This document shows, in pieces, positions 30,496-40,070 of a DNA stretch of 58,963 nucleotides. Source of the stretch: a virus (lineage: Duplodnaviria > Caudoviricetes). The number at the start of each line of letters is the position of its first letter. Positions within the stretch are counted from its first letter, which is position 1. The DNA is taken from the IMG/VR virus record IMGVR_UViG_3300024264_002160, positions 1-58,963 of that record; one strand, written 5' to 3'. The position numbers and the translations under genes are program-made. Below the pieces are notes generated by a model, which had not been told where the DNA came from, searched no databases, and saw only the letters and a program-made list of their open reading frames with translations.

Positions 30496-31141
30496 AGTGC
30501 GCTCTAACTTGAATCATATTTGGATCAGAAGCGTCTGCTGGTAACCCAGAAAATTTCCAAGTTTGCCGTTTTTTAGCAGACGTCTTCCATCCATGATATT
30601 CAAATAGCATACGACAGATCCCCCAACTTGGTTGCCCTGTTGGCATTTGTGATTGCTGGCCATCTGACCATGTTGCCCATTTACTGTCAATTGGTTCAAG
30701 TTGCCATTCCATTATTAAATCTTCATGGTGTGTGGTTTTGGTTTCAAATATAATATGTTTAGCACTTGAATTACTAAGCATTTTGACAATGTCAAAATGA
30801 TTCCTTGCATGATAAAAATGTCCGTGATAAATTATTATATCAAAATTTTGCATATCTATCAGCTGTTGGCTTTTTTGCAATTCATTAGCGTCAAAAAACT
30901 TCCACACATGGTTGTTGGATTTAATATAATCAACGTTAACCCCCTGCGTATCTATCCAGTCATTGAATGTCTCCGGTCTAACATCTGTAAATGTAACATG
31001 TTTTGCACCATGTTCAAGTGCGTACAGTCCATTCATACCAGTACCACAGCAAAAGTCCAGAACCTTTGCACCTGACACTATTGGTTTTAAATTTTTTTCT
31101 AAAAACTCAAGTCTATTAGACGGCTGTTGCCACAATGTCAT
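30485..31141 (-). CDS. Class I SAM-dependent methyltransferase
   Basis: Motif I 'VLDFCCGTG', acidic residue after beta2 'FTDVR', and 'FDIIIYHGHFYH'. Confidence 0.8.
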   Translation of the reverse strand: MTLWQQPSNRLEFLEKNLKPIVSGAKVLDFCCGTGMNGLYALEHGAKHVTFTDVRPETFNDWIDTQGVNVDYIKSNNHVWKFFDANELQKSQQLIDMQNFDIIIYHGHFYHARNHFDIVKMLSNSSAKHIIFETKTTHHEDLIMEWQLEPIDSKWATWSDGQQSQMPTGQPSWGICRMLFEYHGWKTSAKKRQTWKFSGLPADASDPNMIQVRAHFSR

Positions 31142-32987
31142 TTATCCATCCTTTATTCTTTCGTGCAAAGTTCATAAATGCAACCCAGTCTTTATCAAAT
31201 CTATCTTCTATTGCATTATTAGTTATTGTATACTGCACTTTTTGGGATGTCAACGGCGCATTGTTGACAATATACTCGTATAAATTATTATTACATGTTA
31301 AGGTGTGCATTCCGTTTTCTGGTTGTCGTTGTATTTTTTCTTGCAAGTCCAAAACTTGACTTAATTGTGGATCAAACTCATTTAACATACTATTAGCAAC
31401 TTCATACACCTCTTTAAAAAACTTAGCTCTGCGGTACTGGCCAATATCTACTAATACTTCACCATATACAAATCCTGCTATAAAGTATTGAAATTCTAAA
31501 TCTTGTGCATGCTTACTCCATTTTTGTAAATGTGGATAATAGACACTATCTTCGTCATTTAAAAATGTTTCTAGCATTGCCTCGTAAAAATCTTGTTGTG
31601 GAATATTATGATATTGTTCCATGTATCTACTTACTAGATGTGTAAACCCATTTGCTTCAAGTTTGTTTGTGAGCCAGGTCCACAACCATACACGGCTCAT
31701 TGTTTCTTCATCCATGGTACGAGTAGCAACAACCATGTCCTGCCATTCTGTTACATAATTACTAAAATAACTCTTTACAGTTTTTGTTTTTATACCATAC
31801 TGTTCTTTATACTTGGGGTTATTCATTTCACTATTTTGCAACAGTGCTAGTGGATAACTCTCGACAATAAAATCGTCTTTAAGCAGTTCGCAAATACCAG
31901 TTTTCCAACTCTCATATGTTTCTTCTGGCAATCCAACAATCATTTCTGTATTAACATTGATGCCTATTTTACGTGCATCATCTACAATGTTGTCCAATTG
32001 CGCACCATTTAAGTTTGTGCGTTTAATGGCTTTAAGCACATCAGGGTTCATACTTTGTAAACTGGCAGTAAATCTACGCATCATACCAGCATTTAATAAT
32101 TTACTTGCCATCTCTACTGTTGCTTGATTGTTATTTTTATTCCAGTTTGTATCAAATATTTCTGGGAACCCATATTTTTTCTTTGTGGCAATAAGCATAT
32201 CAGTAATAGCCATATCACGTTCTTTAAATATACCAAAGTTAGCATCTGTATTGTTTATATATTCAATCTTATTATCAGCGAACCATTTAACTTCTGCTTC
32301 AATTCTTGTTATATCGAACTTCTTAACTTTACTAAATGTAGTACCTCCCCAATCACAGAATGTACACATGAATGGACACCCTCTGTTAGTTTCAATAATG
32401 CCATTGAGTGTCATATCACTGCGTCCATTGTATTTTTTAACAATGTCGTCAAACAATCCAGTTAAGTAAGGACTGGGAACGTCTGTTAAGTCACTAACTC
32501 TTACACTGGGACCTGTTGTAATACGTTTACCATTTTGATTTATACTGATACCAGGCACTTGGGTTTCATCCCGTTCGCCTATAAAGCTCTTGAGTAGTCC
32601 ACTAAAACTAATCTCTCCCTCCTGGTGTATAAGGTAGTCAATATACGGTTTGTCTTCAAAATACATTATATCACTGTCGGGTGCGTTGGCACCGCCTACA
32701 ATAATTTTACATTCAGGCCAACGTGCTTTAACCTTACGAGCAAACTCCTCATTGTAGTTGGTATTCCATATGTAACTACTGAGTCCCAGTACTGCAGGTT
32801 CTTCCATATTGTCCACTATATTATCAATATCTTCTTTAACAAAATATAGTCCTTTAAGTTGATAGTTTTCATGTAATATTGGGATAGCATCAGCATAACT
32901 CCACACTACACCTACACTATAAGGGAAATAGTAATATTTTGATCCTGGCAATTCTAGACTCATCTGACTCAGGTAAACGTTTTTCAT
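31116..32987 (-). CDS. Cobalamin-dependent (class B) radical SAM enzyme (rSAM 9)
   Basis: N-terminal B12-binding domain (GLSSYIWN...IIVGG...EGE) and 'PSPYL..ETNRGCPFMCTFCDW', 'DANFG', 'IVGLPEET'. Confidence 0.9.
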   Translation of the reverse strand: MKNVYLSQMSLELPGSKYYYFPYSVGVVWSYADAIPILHENYQLKGLYFVKEDIDNIVDNMEEPAVLGLSSYIWNTNYNEEFARKVKARWPECKIIVGGANAPDSDIMYFEDKPYIDYLIHQEGEISFSGLLKSFIGERDETQVPGISINQNGKRITTGPSVRVSDLTDVPSPYLTGLFDDIVKKYNGRSDMTLNGIIETNRGCPFMCTFCDWGGTTFSKVKKFDITRIEAEVKWFADNKIEYINNTDANFGIFKERDMAITDMLIATKKKYGFPEIFDTNWNKNNNQATVEMASKLLNAGMMRRFTASLQSMNPDVLKAIKRTNLNGAQLDNIVDDARKIGINVNTEMIVGLPEETYESWKTGICELLKDDFIVESYPLALLQNSEMNNPKYKEQYGIKTKTVKSYFSNYVTEWQDMVVATRTMDEETMSRVWLWTWLTNKLEANGFTHLVSRYMEQYHNIPQQDFYEAMLETFLNDEDSVYYPHLQKWSKHAQDLEFQYFIAGFVYGEVLVDIGQYRRAKFFKEVYEVANSMLNEFDPQLSQVLDLQEKIQRQPENGMHTLTCNNNLYEYIVNNAPLTSQKVQYTITNNAIEDRFDKDWVAFMNFARKNKGWINDIVATAV

Positions 32988-33014
32988 GTTGTAATTTTCC
33001 TAATAATATGTTAT

Positions 33015-33031
33015 TATAAATACTATTTATG
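33015..33031. promoter_or_regulatory. Face-to-face late-type promoters serving divergent genes
   Basis: TATAAATA on plus (33015-33022) and CATAAATA on minus (33024-33031), between the B12-rSAM and the carbamoyltransferase. Confidence 0.6.
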
Positions 33032-33052
33032 ACACCAGTAGAAAGCGACCAT

Positions 33053-34540
33053 ATGATTATATGGGGATGGACAGGCTTGAGCCATGATGCTAGCCTATCA
33101 GTATTCAGTAAATCAGATAATTTAAAACTATTGTGGAGTGCTCACAGCGAGCGTTACACTAGAGTTAAAAATGATGCTGAGCTTAATACTGATATGTTAC
33201 AAGAGGCATTACAGTGGGGCGATCCACAGCGTGTATACTATTATGAAAATCCACTGTGGAAAAAAACTAGACAACTATATGCTGGACAATATGACCAGTT
33301 AACAAGCATGTCACCAACTAAACATATGAGAAACTTTTATACAGATGCACCACGCAGTCAGTATACTTCGCACCACCATAGTCATGCGGCGGCTGGGTAT
33401 TATACTGCGCCGTTCAATAATACTGCGGTGCTTGTTATTGATAGCATAGGTGAATGGAATACCACTAGCATTTGGACCGGTCGAGATAATAAACTAAAGC
33501 GCAAGTGGAGTCAAAACTATCCACACAGTGTGGGGATCTGGTACAGTGCTATGACACAACGTATAGGACTAAAGCCACAGGAACACGAATACATCCTCAT
33601 GGGTATGGCGGCTATAGGTGATCCCAGCAAGTATTATGATCTTATTAAACATGACTTTATTAAAAAGATGCCTAGTTTAAAAGATCCACGTACACTATTC
33701 AAGCGTAACTGTCACAGAGGATGTTTGGACTGGCGTACTGCCTTGAATAGTGAACAAGACTATGCTGACATTGCTGCCGCTACCCAACTTATATATGAAG
33801 AAATATTAAATATATTATTAATGTCTGCTCAGGCATTGACAAACCAAGAAAACATTGTTATAATGGGTGGGTGTGCATTAAATTGTGTAGCAAATAGTCT
33901 AGCACACAAATATTTTAAAGACGTGTGGATTATGCCAAATCCAGGCGATGCAGGAAGTAGTATAGGGTGTGTGTTGGCACATGAACAAACACATATTAAG
34001 TTTGCGTCAGCATATCTAGGACATAATATACAAGGAGAATATCCAGTTAACGATGTTATTCAACAACTTAAGAAGCATAAAATTGCGGCAGTAGCTGCTG
34101 GGCCAGCAGAGTTTGGACCACGTAGTTTGGGCAATCGTAGTATTTTAGCTGATCCAAGAGGCAGTGATGTTAAAGATAGAGTCAATAAATTAAAAAAACG
34201 AGAACTATTCAGGCCATTCGCACCAGCAATACTTGCTGAACATGCTGATGATTACTTTCAAGGAGTTACTGGTCCTTATATGCAATATACAGCAAAGTGT
34301 AAACAACCTGATAAATTCCCTGCTATTATACACTTGGATGGTACTAGTCGAGTACAGGCTGTATCTAAAGACGATACCAGCGGATTTAGAACACTATTAG
34401 AAACTTGGTATGCAGAAACTGGTTGTCCAATGTTGCTCAACACTAGTCTTAACATAAGGGGCGAGCCATTGGTAAATACAAGACAGGATGCTACACGCTG
34501 GACTAAAAACTATGGAGTACAGGTATGTTTACCCAAATAA
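33053..34540 (+). CDS. O-carbamoyltransferase (NodU/CmcH/TobZ family)
   Basis: 'SHDAS', 'ERYTRVKND', 'HH.SHAA', 'IDSIGE', 'MGMAA.G', 'GGCALNC.AN', 'PGDAG', 'EFGPRSLGNRSIL', 'RE.FRPFAP' and 'LLNTSLN'. Likely ATG at 33053. Confidence 0.93.
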   Translation: MIIWGWTGLSHDASLSVFSKSDNLKLLWSAHSERYTRVKNDAELNTDMLQEALQWGDPQRVYYYENPLWKKTRQLYAGQYDQLTSMSPTKHMRNFYTDAPRSQYTSHHHSHAAAGYYTAPFNNTAVLVIDSIGEWNTTSIWTGRDNKLKRKWSQNYPHSVGIWYSAMTQRIGLKPQEHEYILMGMAAIGDPSKYYDLIKHDFIKKMPSLKDPRTLFKRNCHRGCLDWRTALNSEQDYADIAAATQLIYEEILNILLMSAQALTNQENIVIMGGCALNCVANSLAHKYFKDVWIMPNPGDAGSSIGCVLAHEQTHIKFASAYLGHNIQGEYPVNDVIQQLKKHKIAAVAAGPAEFGPRSLGNRSILADPRGSDVKDRVNKLKKRELFRPFAPAILAEHADDYFQGVTGPYMQYTAKCKQPDKFPAIIHLDGTSRVQAVSKDDTSGFRTLLETWYAETGCPMLLNTSLNIRGEPLVNTRQDATRWTKNYGVQVCLPK

Positions 34541-34641
34541 AAAATTTCCTATTATGGCCATATCGAAAGATACGTGCCCACTATGCCTTGAAGCGTAAAT
34601 TAAAAAGTTTACGTGATCGTGACCCTTTTATATACAAGTGA
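34525..34641 (+). CDS. 38-aa basic peptide ending RDRDPFIYK (absent from ORF track; SxtK/DUF5989-like C-terminal motif)
   Basis: Translates as MFTQIKNFLLWPYRKIRAHYALKRKLKSLRDRDPFIYK*. GGAG RBS upstream. It overlaps the carbamoyltransferase stop and fills the gap to 34649. Confidence 0.7.
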   Translation: MFTQIKNFLLWPYRKIRAHYALKRKLKSLRDRDPFIYK

Positions 34642-34648
34642 GATCTAA

Positions 34649-35356
34649 ATGTTAGACGTTATATTTTTAAGCTATGATGAACCCACAGCAGACGAAAACT
34701 TTGAACTACTACAACTGTTTGCTCCACATGCAAAGCGTGTACACGGTGTTGATGGTATCTTAAACGCACATAAAGAATGTGCAAAAGCAAGTTCAACCAA
34801 TTACTTTTATGTAGTTGATGCAGATGCCATTATAGACGAATTATTTACATTTAAGTTTAATCCTAGTAATCAAAAGGAAGTTTACCCTGGTGTGACTGAA
34901 GACAAATGCGTATACACCTGGCGTAGTTTAAACCCAGTAAACAAATTGGTGTATGGTTATGGTGCAGTTAAACTATTTCCCAAGCGTCAGTTACTGGAAT
35001 CTGAAGAATTTAAAGTAGACATGACCACTACTATTGGTTGCCCATTTGTTCCCAAGTTTCAGATCAGTAACATCACAGCATTTAATACAGATCCTTTTAG
35101 TACGTGGAAGGGTGCGTTTAGAGAAACAACTAAACTAGCGTCCAGTATAATTCCAAATGGCGATAATACTGACAACGAGTATAGACTTAAAATCTGGTGT
35201 GAGCGTGGAATTAAAGCTGATTTTGGTGAATATAGTATTATGGGTGCTCAACAAGGTAGAGATTTCGGCAATTACTATCGAAACAAGCCACAAACTCTGC
35301 ATTTAATCAATGATTACAAATGGTTACGGGAGAAATTTGATGAGTCAACAGCGTAA
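34649..35356 (+). CDS. GT2-like glycosyltransferase (paralog of 14202)
   Basis: 'DVIFLSYDEP.AD.NF...RVHGVDGI..AH...A......FYVVDADA' and 'WKGAFRE'. Confidence 0.65.
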   Translation: MLDVIFLSYDEPTADENFELLQLFAPHAKRVHGVDGILNAHKECAKASSTNYFYVVDADAIIDELFTFKFNPSNQKEVYPGVTEDKCVYTWRSLNPVNKLVYGYGAVKLFPKRQLLESEEFKVDMTTTIGCPFVPKFQISNITAFNTDPFSTWKGAFRETTKLASSIIPNGDNTDNEYRLKIWCERGIKADFGEYSIMGAQQGRDFGNYYRNKPQTLHLINDYKWLREKFDESTA

Positions 35357-36311
35357 TAATGAACCAGAACTAAGTTCGGATGGATCGCATGTGGTCAATC
35401 ATGAACTGAGTACAAATTTACACTGGATGCACGGACTTGAAGAATACCTAGAATTTAATAATCATCCTGACATTAGAATATATCAAGATATTAAACGAGC
35501 CATACTGTATGGAAACATCTGGCATATTAAGCATTTATTGACAAGTGAAATACATCGTGGCTATACTGACTTAACTGACGATTTTCTTAATATCATACTA
35601 GCACACTACACTGGTTATGGGCACGTAAATCACCGTAAAGTTTTACAGTATATTGCACATTGTGTTGACAGTGAGTATATACGTAAAATGAGTAGTTGGA
35701 GTATTAAATGGCAACACCGAGCAAACCTCAATGATCACTTTAGTCGCGGACAAATGAAAAGTAAATGTTGGATGGTATCTGAATTGTCACAAATATATCA
35801 GGATGAATATCTGGGCACTGTGGCGCATTATGGCGGATGGTATGCAACAGTTGCACAAAACATATTTGAGAAGTTTAGAGTTAAGAATTATTACAATCTG
35901 GAAGTTGATCCTGACTGTATTGAGATCTCAGATGACTTTAATTATGAACAAACTGTTGGATGGAAGTTTAAAAGCACATTGCAAAACGTTAGTGACATTG
36001 TGTGGAAAGACAACAATAATTTTGATATAAAAATAAAAAACCTTACCAATGACACGATTACTACCAATGTCAAACCTGATCTTATTATCAATACCAGTTG
36101 TGAACACATGAATGAAGATTGGTTTAATAATATACCCACTGGTAAGGTGGTGTGTTTACAAACTAACGATTATTTTGATAACTCACAGCATGTAAATTGT
36201 TGTCGAGATTTAGCTGATGCTATTGCAAAATATCCAATGAGTGAAGTTTATTACAGTGGTGAAATTGATACACACTTGTATAAACGATTTATGATAATTG
36301 GTGAAAAGTAA
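35340..36311 (+). CDS. Putative SAM-dependent methyltransferase
   Basis: 'FSRGQ..SK.W', 'GGWYA', 'LEVDP.C', 'DLIINTSCEH' and 'YKRFM.IG'. Likely ATG at 35340. Confidence 0.6.
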   Translation: MSQQRNNEPELSSDGSHVVNHELSTNLHWMHGLEEYLEFNNHPDIRIYQDIKRAILYGNIWHIKHLLTSEIHRGYTDLTDDFLNIILAHYTGYGHVNHRKVLQYIAHCVDSEYIRKMSSWSIKWQHRANLNDHFSRGQMKSKCWMVSELSQIYQDEYLGTVAHYGGWYATVAQNIFEKFRVKNYYNLEVDPDCIEISDDFNYEQTVGWKFKSTLQNVSDIVWKDNNNFDIKIKNLTNDTITTNVKPDLIINTSCEHMNEDWFNNIPTGKVVCLQTNDYFDNSQHVNCCRDLADAIAKYPMSEVYYSGEIDTHLYKRFMIIGEK

Positions 36312-37270
36312 TGATGGACGATTTAACCCTGCGTGAACTACAAACTGAAATGGCGGTTACAACACATGAACTATTAGACCGTTACGAAATACTGTATCCA
36401 CAAATAGATGAGCTTGCTGATCTAAGACGTTCAGTTATTGATCAAGATTTAAGTAGTATATTCAGACTACTGCCCAATCATGTATCAGGCGATATTGAAG
36501 AACTACGCAAAGCAGTACTAGAACAAAATTTACACAGCATATTTAGATTAGTCGATGATGAAGATTTACGTAAATTAATATTAGAAGACAACACATGGAA
36601 ACTTTGGCCTATACTAGACAGTTATGTAGATACACAATTTACTAGTGCGTTTAAAAGTTTCTTTATAAACAATACAGTTATTGACACTGACTGTTTTAGT
36701 AGAGGACAACTACAAAGCAAACAATGGTTAGTAACTGAACTAGGAAACCTAGATGTCCAACTAGGCACAGTATTCCTGTGCGCTGGATGGTACGCTACAC
36801 TTGCTACAATGTTATTTGAAAGCGACATTAAAGTAGATAAAGTTAGATCTTTCGACATTGATCCTACTTGTGTAGACATTGCTGAAACATTCAACAAGCC
36901 GTGGTTTATGGAACAATGGCGATTCAAAAGTATTACACAAGATATAATGGATATAGATTATAACGAACATATGTGGCAGTTCTGGAGTAATGCCAATAAT
37001 CGAATGAGCTATCCAATCACGGACAGTCCTGATACAATTATAAATACAAGTTGTGAACACATTGAAAACTTTGCAGAATGGTATGCTAAGATACCAGATG
37101 GTAAACTAGTAATACTACAAAGTAATAACTTTTTTGATGTCCAGGAGCATATTAACTGTGTTAAAGACATTACTGAGTTTAGCAATATGGCACCTATGTC
37201 AAATACATTATACGCAGGCGATTTAGACTTGCCCAAATACAAAAGGTTTATGTTAATTGGATATAAGTGA
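36311..37270 (+). CDS. Putative SAM-dependent methyltransferase (tandem paralog) with N-terminal helical repeats
   Basis: 'FSRGQ..SK.W', 'AGWYA', 'FDIDP.C', 'DTIINTSCEH' and 'YKRFMLIG'. Confidence 0.62.
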   Translation: MMDDLTLRELQTEMAVTTHELLDRYEILYPQIDELADLRRSVIDQDLSSIFRLLPNHVSGDIEELRKAVLEQNLHSIFRLVDDEDLRKLILEDNTWKLWPILDSYVDTQFTSAFKSFFINNTVIDTDCFSRGQLQSKQWLVTELGNLDVQLGTVFLCAGWYATLATMLFESDIKVDKVRSFDIDPTCVDIAETFNKPWFMEQWRFKSITQDIMDIDYNEHMWQFWSNANNRMSYPITDSPDTIINTSCEHIENFAEWYAKIPDGKLVILQSNNFFDVQEHINCVKDITEFSNMAPMSNTLYAGDLDLPKYKRFMLIGYK

Positions 37271-37478
37271 TCTAAGTGTACGACAACTGCAAACTGAAAG
37301 CGCAAGAGCTTTGAGTACAATGCAAGCCACCAATAACAACATTTACAAGTTTAATAAATTGGCGCACCACGATAGTCAAAACTGGTATAAGGCTGTCATT
37401 GAATGGTATGTAAATACATATGGTGATTTACCTAGCAGAGTCGGACCAGGTAAAGATGTAGAACTGATACTTAAATGA
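37257..37478 (+). CDS. Small hypothetical protein, 73 aa
   Basis: TTG start, overlaps both neighbours. Its N-terminus is homologous to the N-terminus of the ORF at 36311. Confidence 0.7.
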   Translation: MDISDLSVRQLQTESARALSTMQATNNNIYKFNKLAHHDSQNWYKAVIEWYVNTYGDLPSRVGPGKDVELILK

Positions 37479-38422
37479 AATATTTAACAAACGATAGACC
37501 AGACAGTATGCACGCTGAATGGGTAGTAAGTAATGTGTGTAACTATACTTGTACCTATTGTGATCCAAAACTGTACAGCGGTAGCAGTGGTTGGCCTAGC
37601 TTAGAAAAAAGTCTTGAGTTCTGGAGTCACATACATACAGATGTAAACAGTAACGATAAAATGCTTACACTTAGCGGCGGTGAACCAACTATATGGCCAC
37701 ACCTTAGTGAATTTTTTAATAAGTTGGACCCTAGTTATAAAAAAGCTATTGTTACTAATGGTAGTAGAACACTTCGTTGGTGGCAAAAGTTTATTGATAC
37801 AACTGAAATGGATCAGATTGCTATTAGTGTACACTTACAATTTGCTGATGCTGAACATATCAAAGAAGTTGTCAGAATAATCGGACCACATTGTAGAGCA
37901 ACAGTGCTTATCATGTTAGATGAAGACCTAGTACAAAAAGGTAGACAGTTTGCGCAGACAATTGCTGATGCTGATTTGTACTGTAAAATTGTAATTAAGC
38001 CAGTTACACGCAGACACAAGGCAGGCGATAACGAATCACAAAGTTACGATCAAGACACAATCGACTGGATGCGAGAGTTTGATTATAATAAAGATGCTCC
38101 TATACTTAAAACTAGATCTCGAACAACTGCTGTAAATATTATTATTGATGGTCAAGAGCATGGTGTTTTTCATATGTATGATATGATAGCAAATAATCAA
38201 CACAAGTTTAGAGGCTGGAGATGTCATGCTGGTACACACAGATTAATTGTCTGGCATGATGGAAATGTATACGGAGCGCAGTGTAGTACAGCAAAAAGAA
38301 ATAAACTAGGCAATATAGCACATGGCAAATTAGATGGTGAGATTAAGCCTCTTATATGTGATACAGAATTCTGTGCGTGTGTTCCTGACATACGTATACC
38401 CAAGGAAAGTATAGATGTATAA
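37475..38422 (+). CDS. Radical SAM enzyme with C-terminal Cys cluster (rSAM 10)
   Basis: W...NVCNYTCTYC, SGGEPT, TNGSR and C-terminal CHAG...C...C....C.C. Confidence 0.9.
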   Translation: MKYLTNDRPDSMHAEWVVSNVCNYTCTYCDPKLYSGSSGWPSLEKSLEFWSHIHTDVNSNDKMLTLSGGEPTIWPHLSEFFNKLDPSYKKAIVTNGSRTLRWWQKFIDTTEMDQIAISVHLQFADAEHIKEVVRIIGPHCRATVLIMLDEDLVQKGRQFAQTIADADLYCKIVIKPVTRRHKAGDNESQSYDQDTIDWMREFDYNKDAPILKTRSRTTAVNIIIDGQEHGVFHMYDMIANNQHKFRGWRCHAGTHRLIVWHDGNVYGAQCSTAKRNKLGNIAHGKLDGEIKPLICDTEFCACVPDIRIPKESIDV

Positions 38423-39491
38423 TATAGATGATATCAAAACCATACACTTGGAAGTCACACAAAATTGCCAAGCTAGTTGTCCTATGTGTGATCGTAATGA
38501 AAATGGTGGAGCAGTTAATAAGCATATTGATCTTAGTGAACTAAGTTTAGCTGACTGTAAACACATATTCTCACCTAAATTTATTTCACAACTTGATACA
38601 ATGTACATGTGTGGCAACTTGGGAGATCCTATTGTTGCTCGTGATACATTAGAAATATTTGAATACTTTAGATCTCATAATCCTAACATGTGGCTAAGTA
38701 TGAATACAAACGCTGGAGCCAAGAGTGCTGAATGGTGGAGCGAATTGGCTAGTGTTATTGGCAGGATGGGTGCTGTTATTTTTAGTGTTGATGGTTTAAG
38801 AGATACCAATCACCTATATCGTCAAGGTGTAGTATGGGATAATGTAGAACGTAATGCTCGTGCTTTTATTGATGCTGGTGGGAGAGCTCGTTGGGACTTC
38901 TTGATATTTGAACATAATCAACATCAAGTTGAAACAGCTAGAGCTATAAGTGAGCGACTAGGATTTGAAAAGTTTATTGCTAAAAAAACTGGTAGGTTTA
39001 TAAATGCCAGCAGTAATAAAAAAGAAGAACATCAAGCTGTAAATCGCAAAGGTGAGAAGACAACTAAACTAAAGAAACCAGAACAAAAATATCAAAATAA
39101 AGAACTAAGTAAACAACACAGTTTAATAGAAAAATATGGTAGTATGAATGCTTACTATGATGCTGTACCTATTAGCTGTAAAGTAGCAAAAGAAAAAAGT
39201 TTGTTTATTACAGCAGAAGGTATCGCATTACCTTGCTGTTGGACTGCTGGACGCATGTATAAGTGGTGGCATAAAGATCCTAAAGTAGAACAAATATGGG
39301 ATTTTATAGATGCTGCTGGCGGTAAATCAGCATTAAATGCTAAACAAGGATTAGCCACAGTATTTAAAAGTGGCATATTCGATAATATAACTAACAGTTG
39401 GAACAAACCCAGTTGTGGCGAAGGCAAACTAAACGTATGCGCAATGAAGTGCGGCGTTGAGTTTGATCCATTTACGGCACAATTTAAATAG
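38415..39491 (+). CDS. Radical SAM enzyme, 'CGNxGD' type (rSAM 11)
   Basis: CQASCPMC, CGNLGDP, FSVDG and C-terminal C...PCC...CAMKC. Confidence 0.9.
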   Translation: MYNIDDIKTIHLEVTQNCQASCPMCDRNENGGAVNKHIDLSELSLADCKHIFSPKFISQLDTMYMCGNLGDPIVARDTLEIFEYFRSHNPNMWLSMNTNAGAKSAEWWSELASVIGRMGAVIFSVDGLRDTNHLYRQGVVWDNVERNARAFIDAGGRARWDFLIFEHNQHQVETARAISERLGFEKFIAKKTGRFINASSNKKEEHQAVNRKGEKTTKLKKPEQKYQNKELSKQHSLIEKYGSMNAYYDAVPISCKVAKEKSLFITAEGIALPCCWTAGRMYKWWHKDPKVEQIWDFIDAAGGKSALNAKQGLATVFKSGIFDNITNSWNKPSCGEGKLNVCAMKCGVEFDPFTAQFK

Positions 39492-39500
39492 GAGAAAAAC

Positions 39501-40070
39501 ATGACTTGGATTAAATTGGAAAACTTTCCACAAGATCTATTACAAGAACTAAAAGATATATGGTACGAAGGCGAATGGGTTAAGGAATTAGAAGCAAGCC
39601 CTGGAGCAATGTGGCACCACTGTCTGCGAAGCTCTCATCCTGTGTTTAAAAACTTCCCAGAAGAAACTCGCACACTAGAGTACTTTAGTAACCCACCACA
39701 CTGTGGCAATGGGCCACATTTGGACAGAGGACGTTGGAGCGCACTAAACATTCCAATTGAAATGGACCACGACAATAGTTATTTCTTTACAGGCAAAACA
39801 CACTTGCTAAAAGGATACGATAGAAAGCGGCACTTAGATCAATACAAAGACGGACATGTGGTCAAAAGCACAAATGGCCCTACAGGATTTTTTAGAGAAG
39901 AGGCGGATAAGTTTGATTATTATAACTTAGAGAAGCCTGTGCTGTTTAGTACAAAAACTCCACACGGATTTGAAAACAAAAGCGATAAGCCTAGAGTATT
40001 ACTGAGTGTAACATTTGATCTTACATTTGAGCAGATGATTAATATACTACCAGAGGAATGGTTCGAGTAG
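39501..40070 (+). CDS. Putative Fe(II)/2OG oxygenase (double-stranded beta-helix)
   Basis: 'PHLD' HxD, 'ALNIPI', distal 'PHG..N....R..LS' facial-triad pattern. GGAG RBS. Confidence 0.6.
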   Translation: MTWIKLENFPQDLLQELKDIWYEGEWVKELEASPGAMWHHCLRSSHPVFKNFPEETRTLEYFSNPPHCGNGPHLDRGRWSALNIPIEMDHDNSYFFTGKTHLLKGYDRKRHLDQYKDGHVVKSTNGPTGFFREEADKFDYYNLEKPVLFSTKTPHGFENKSDKPRVLLSVTFDLTFEQMINILPEEWFE

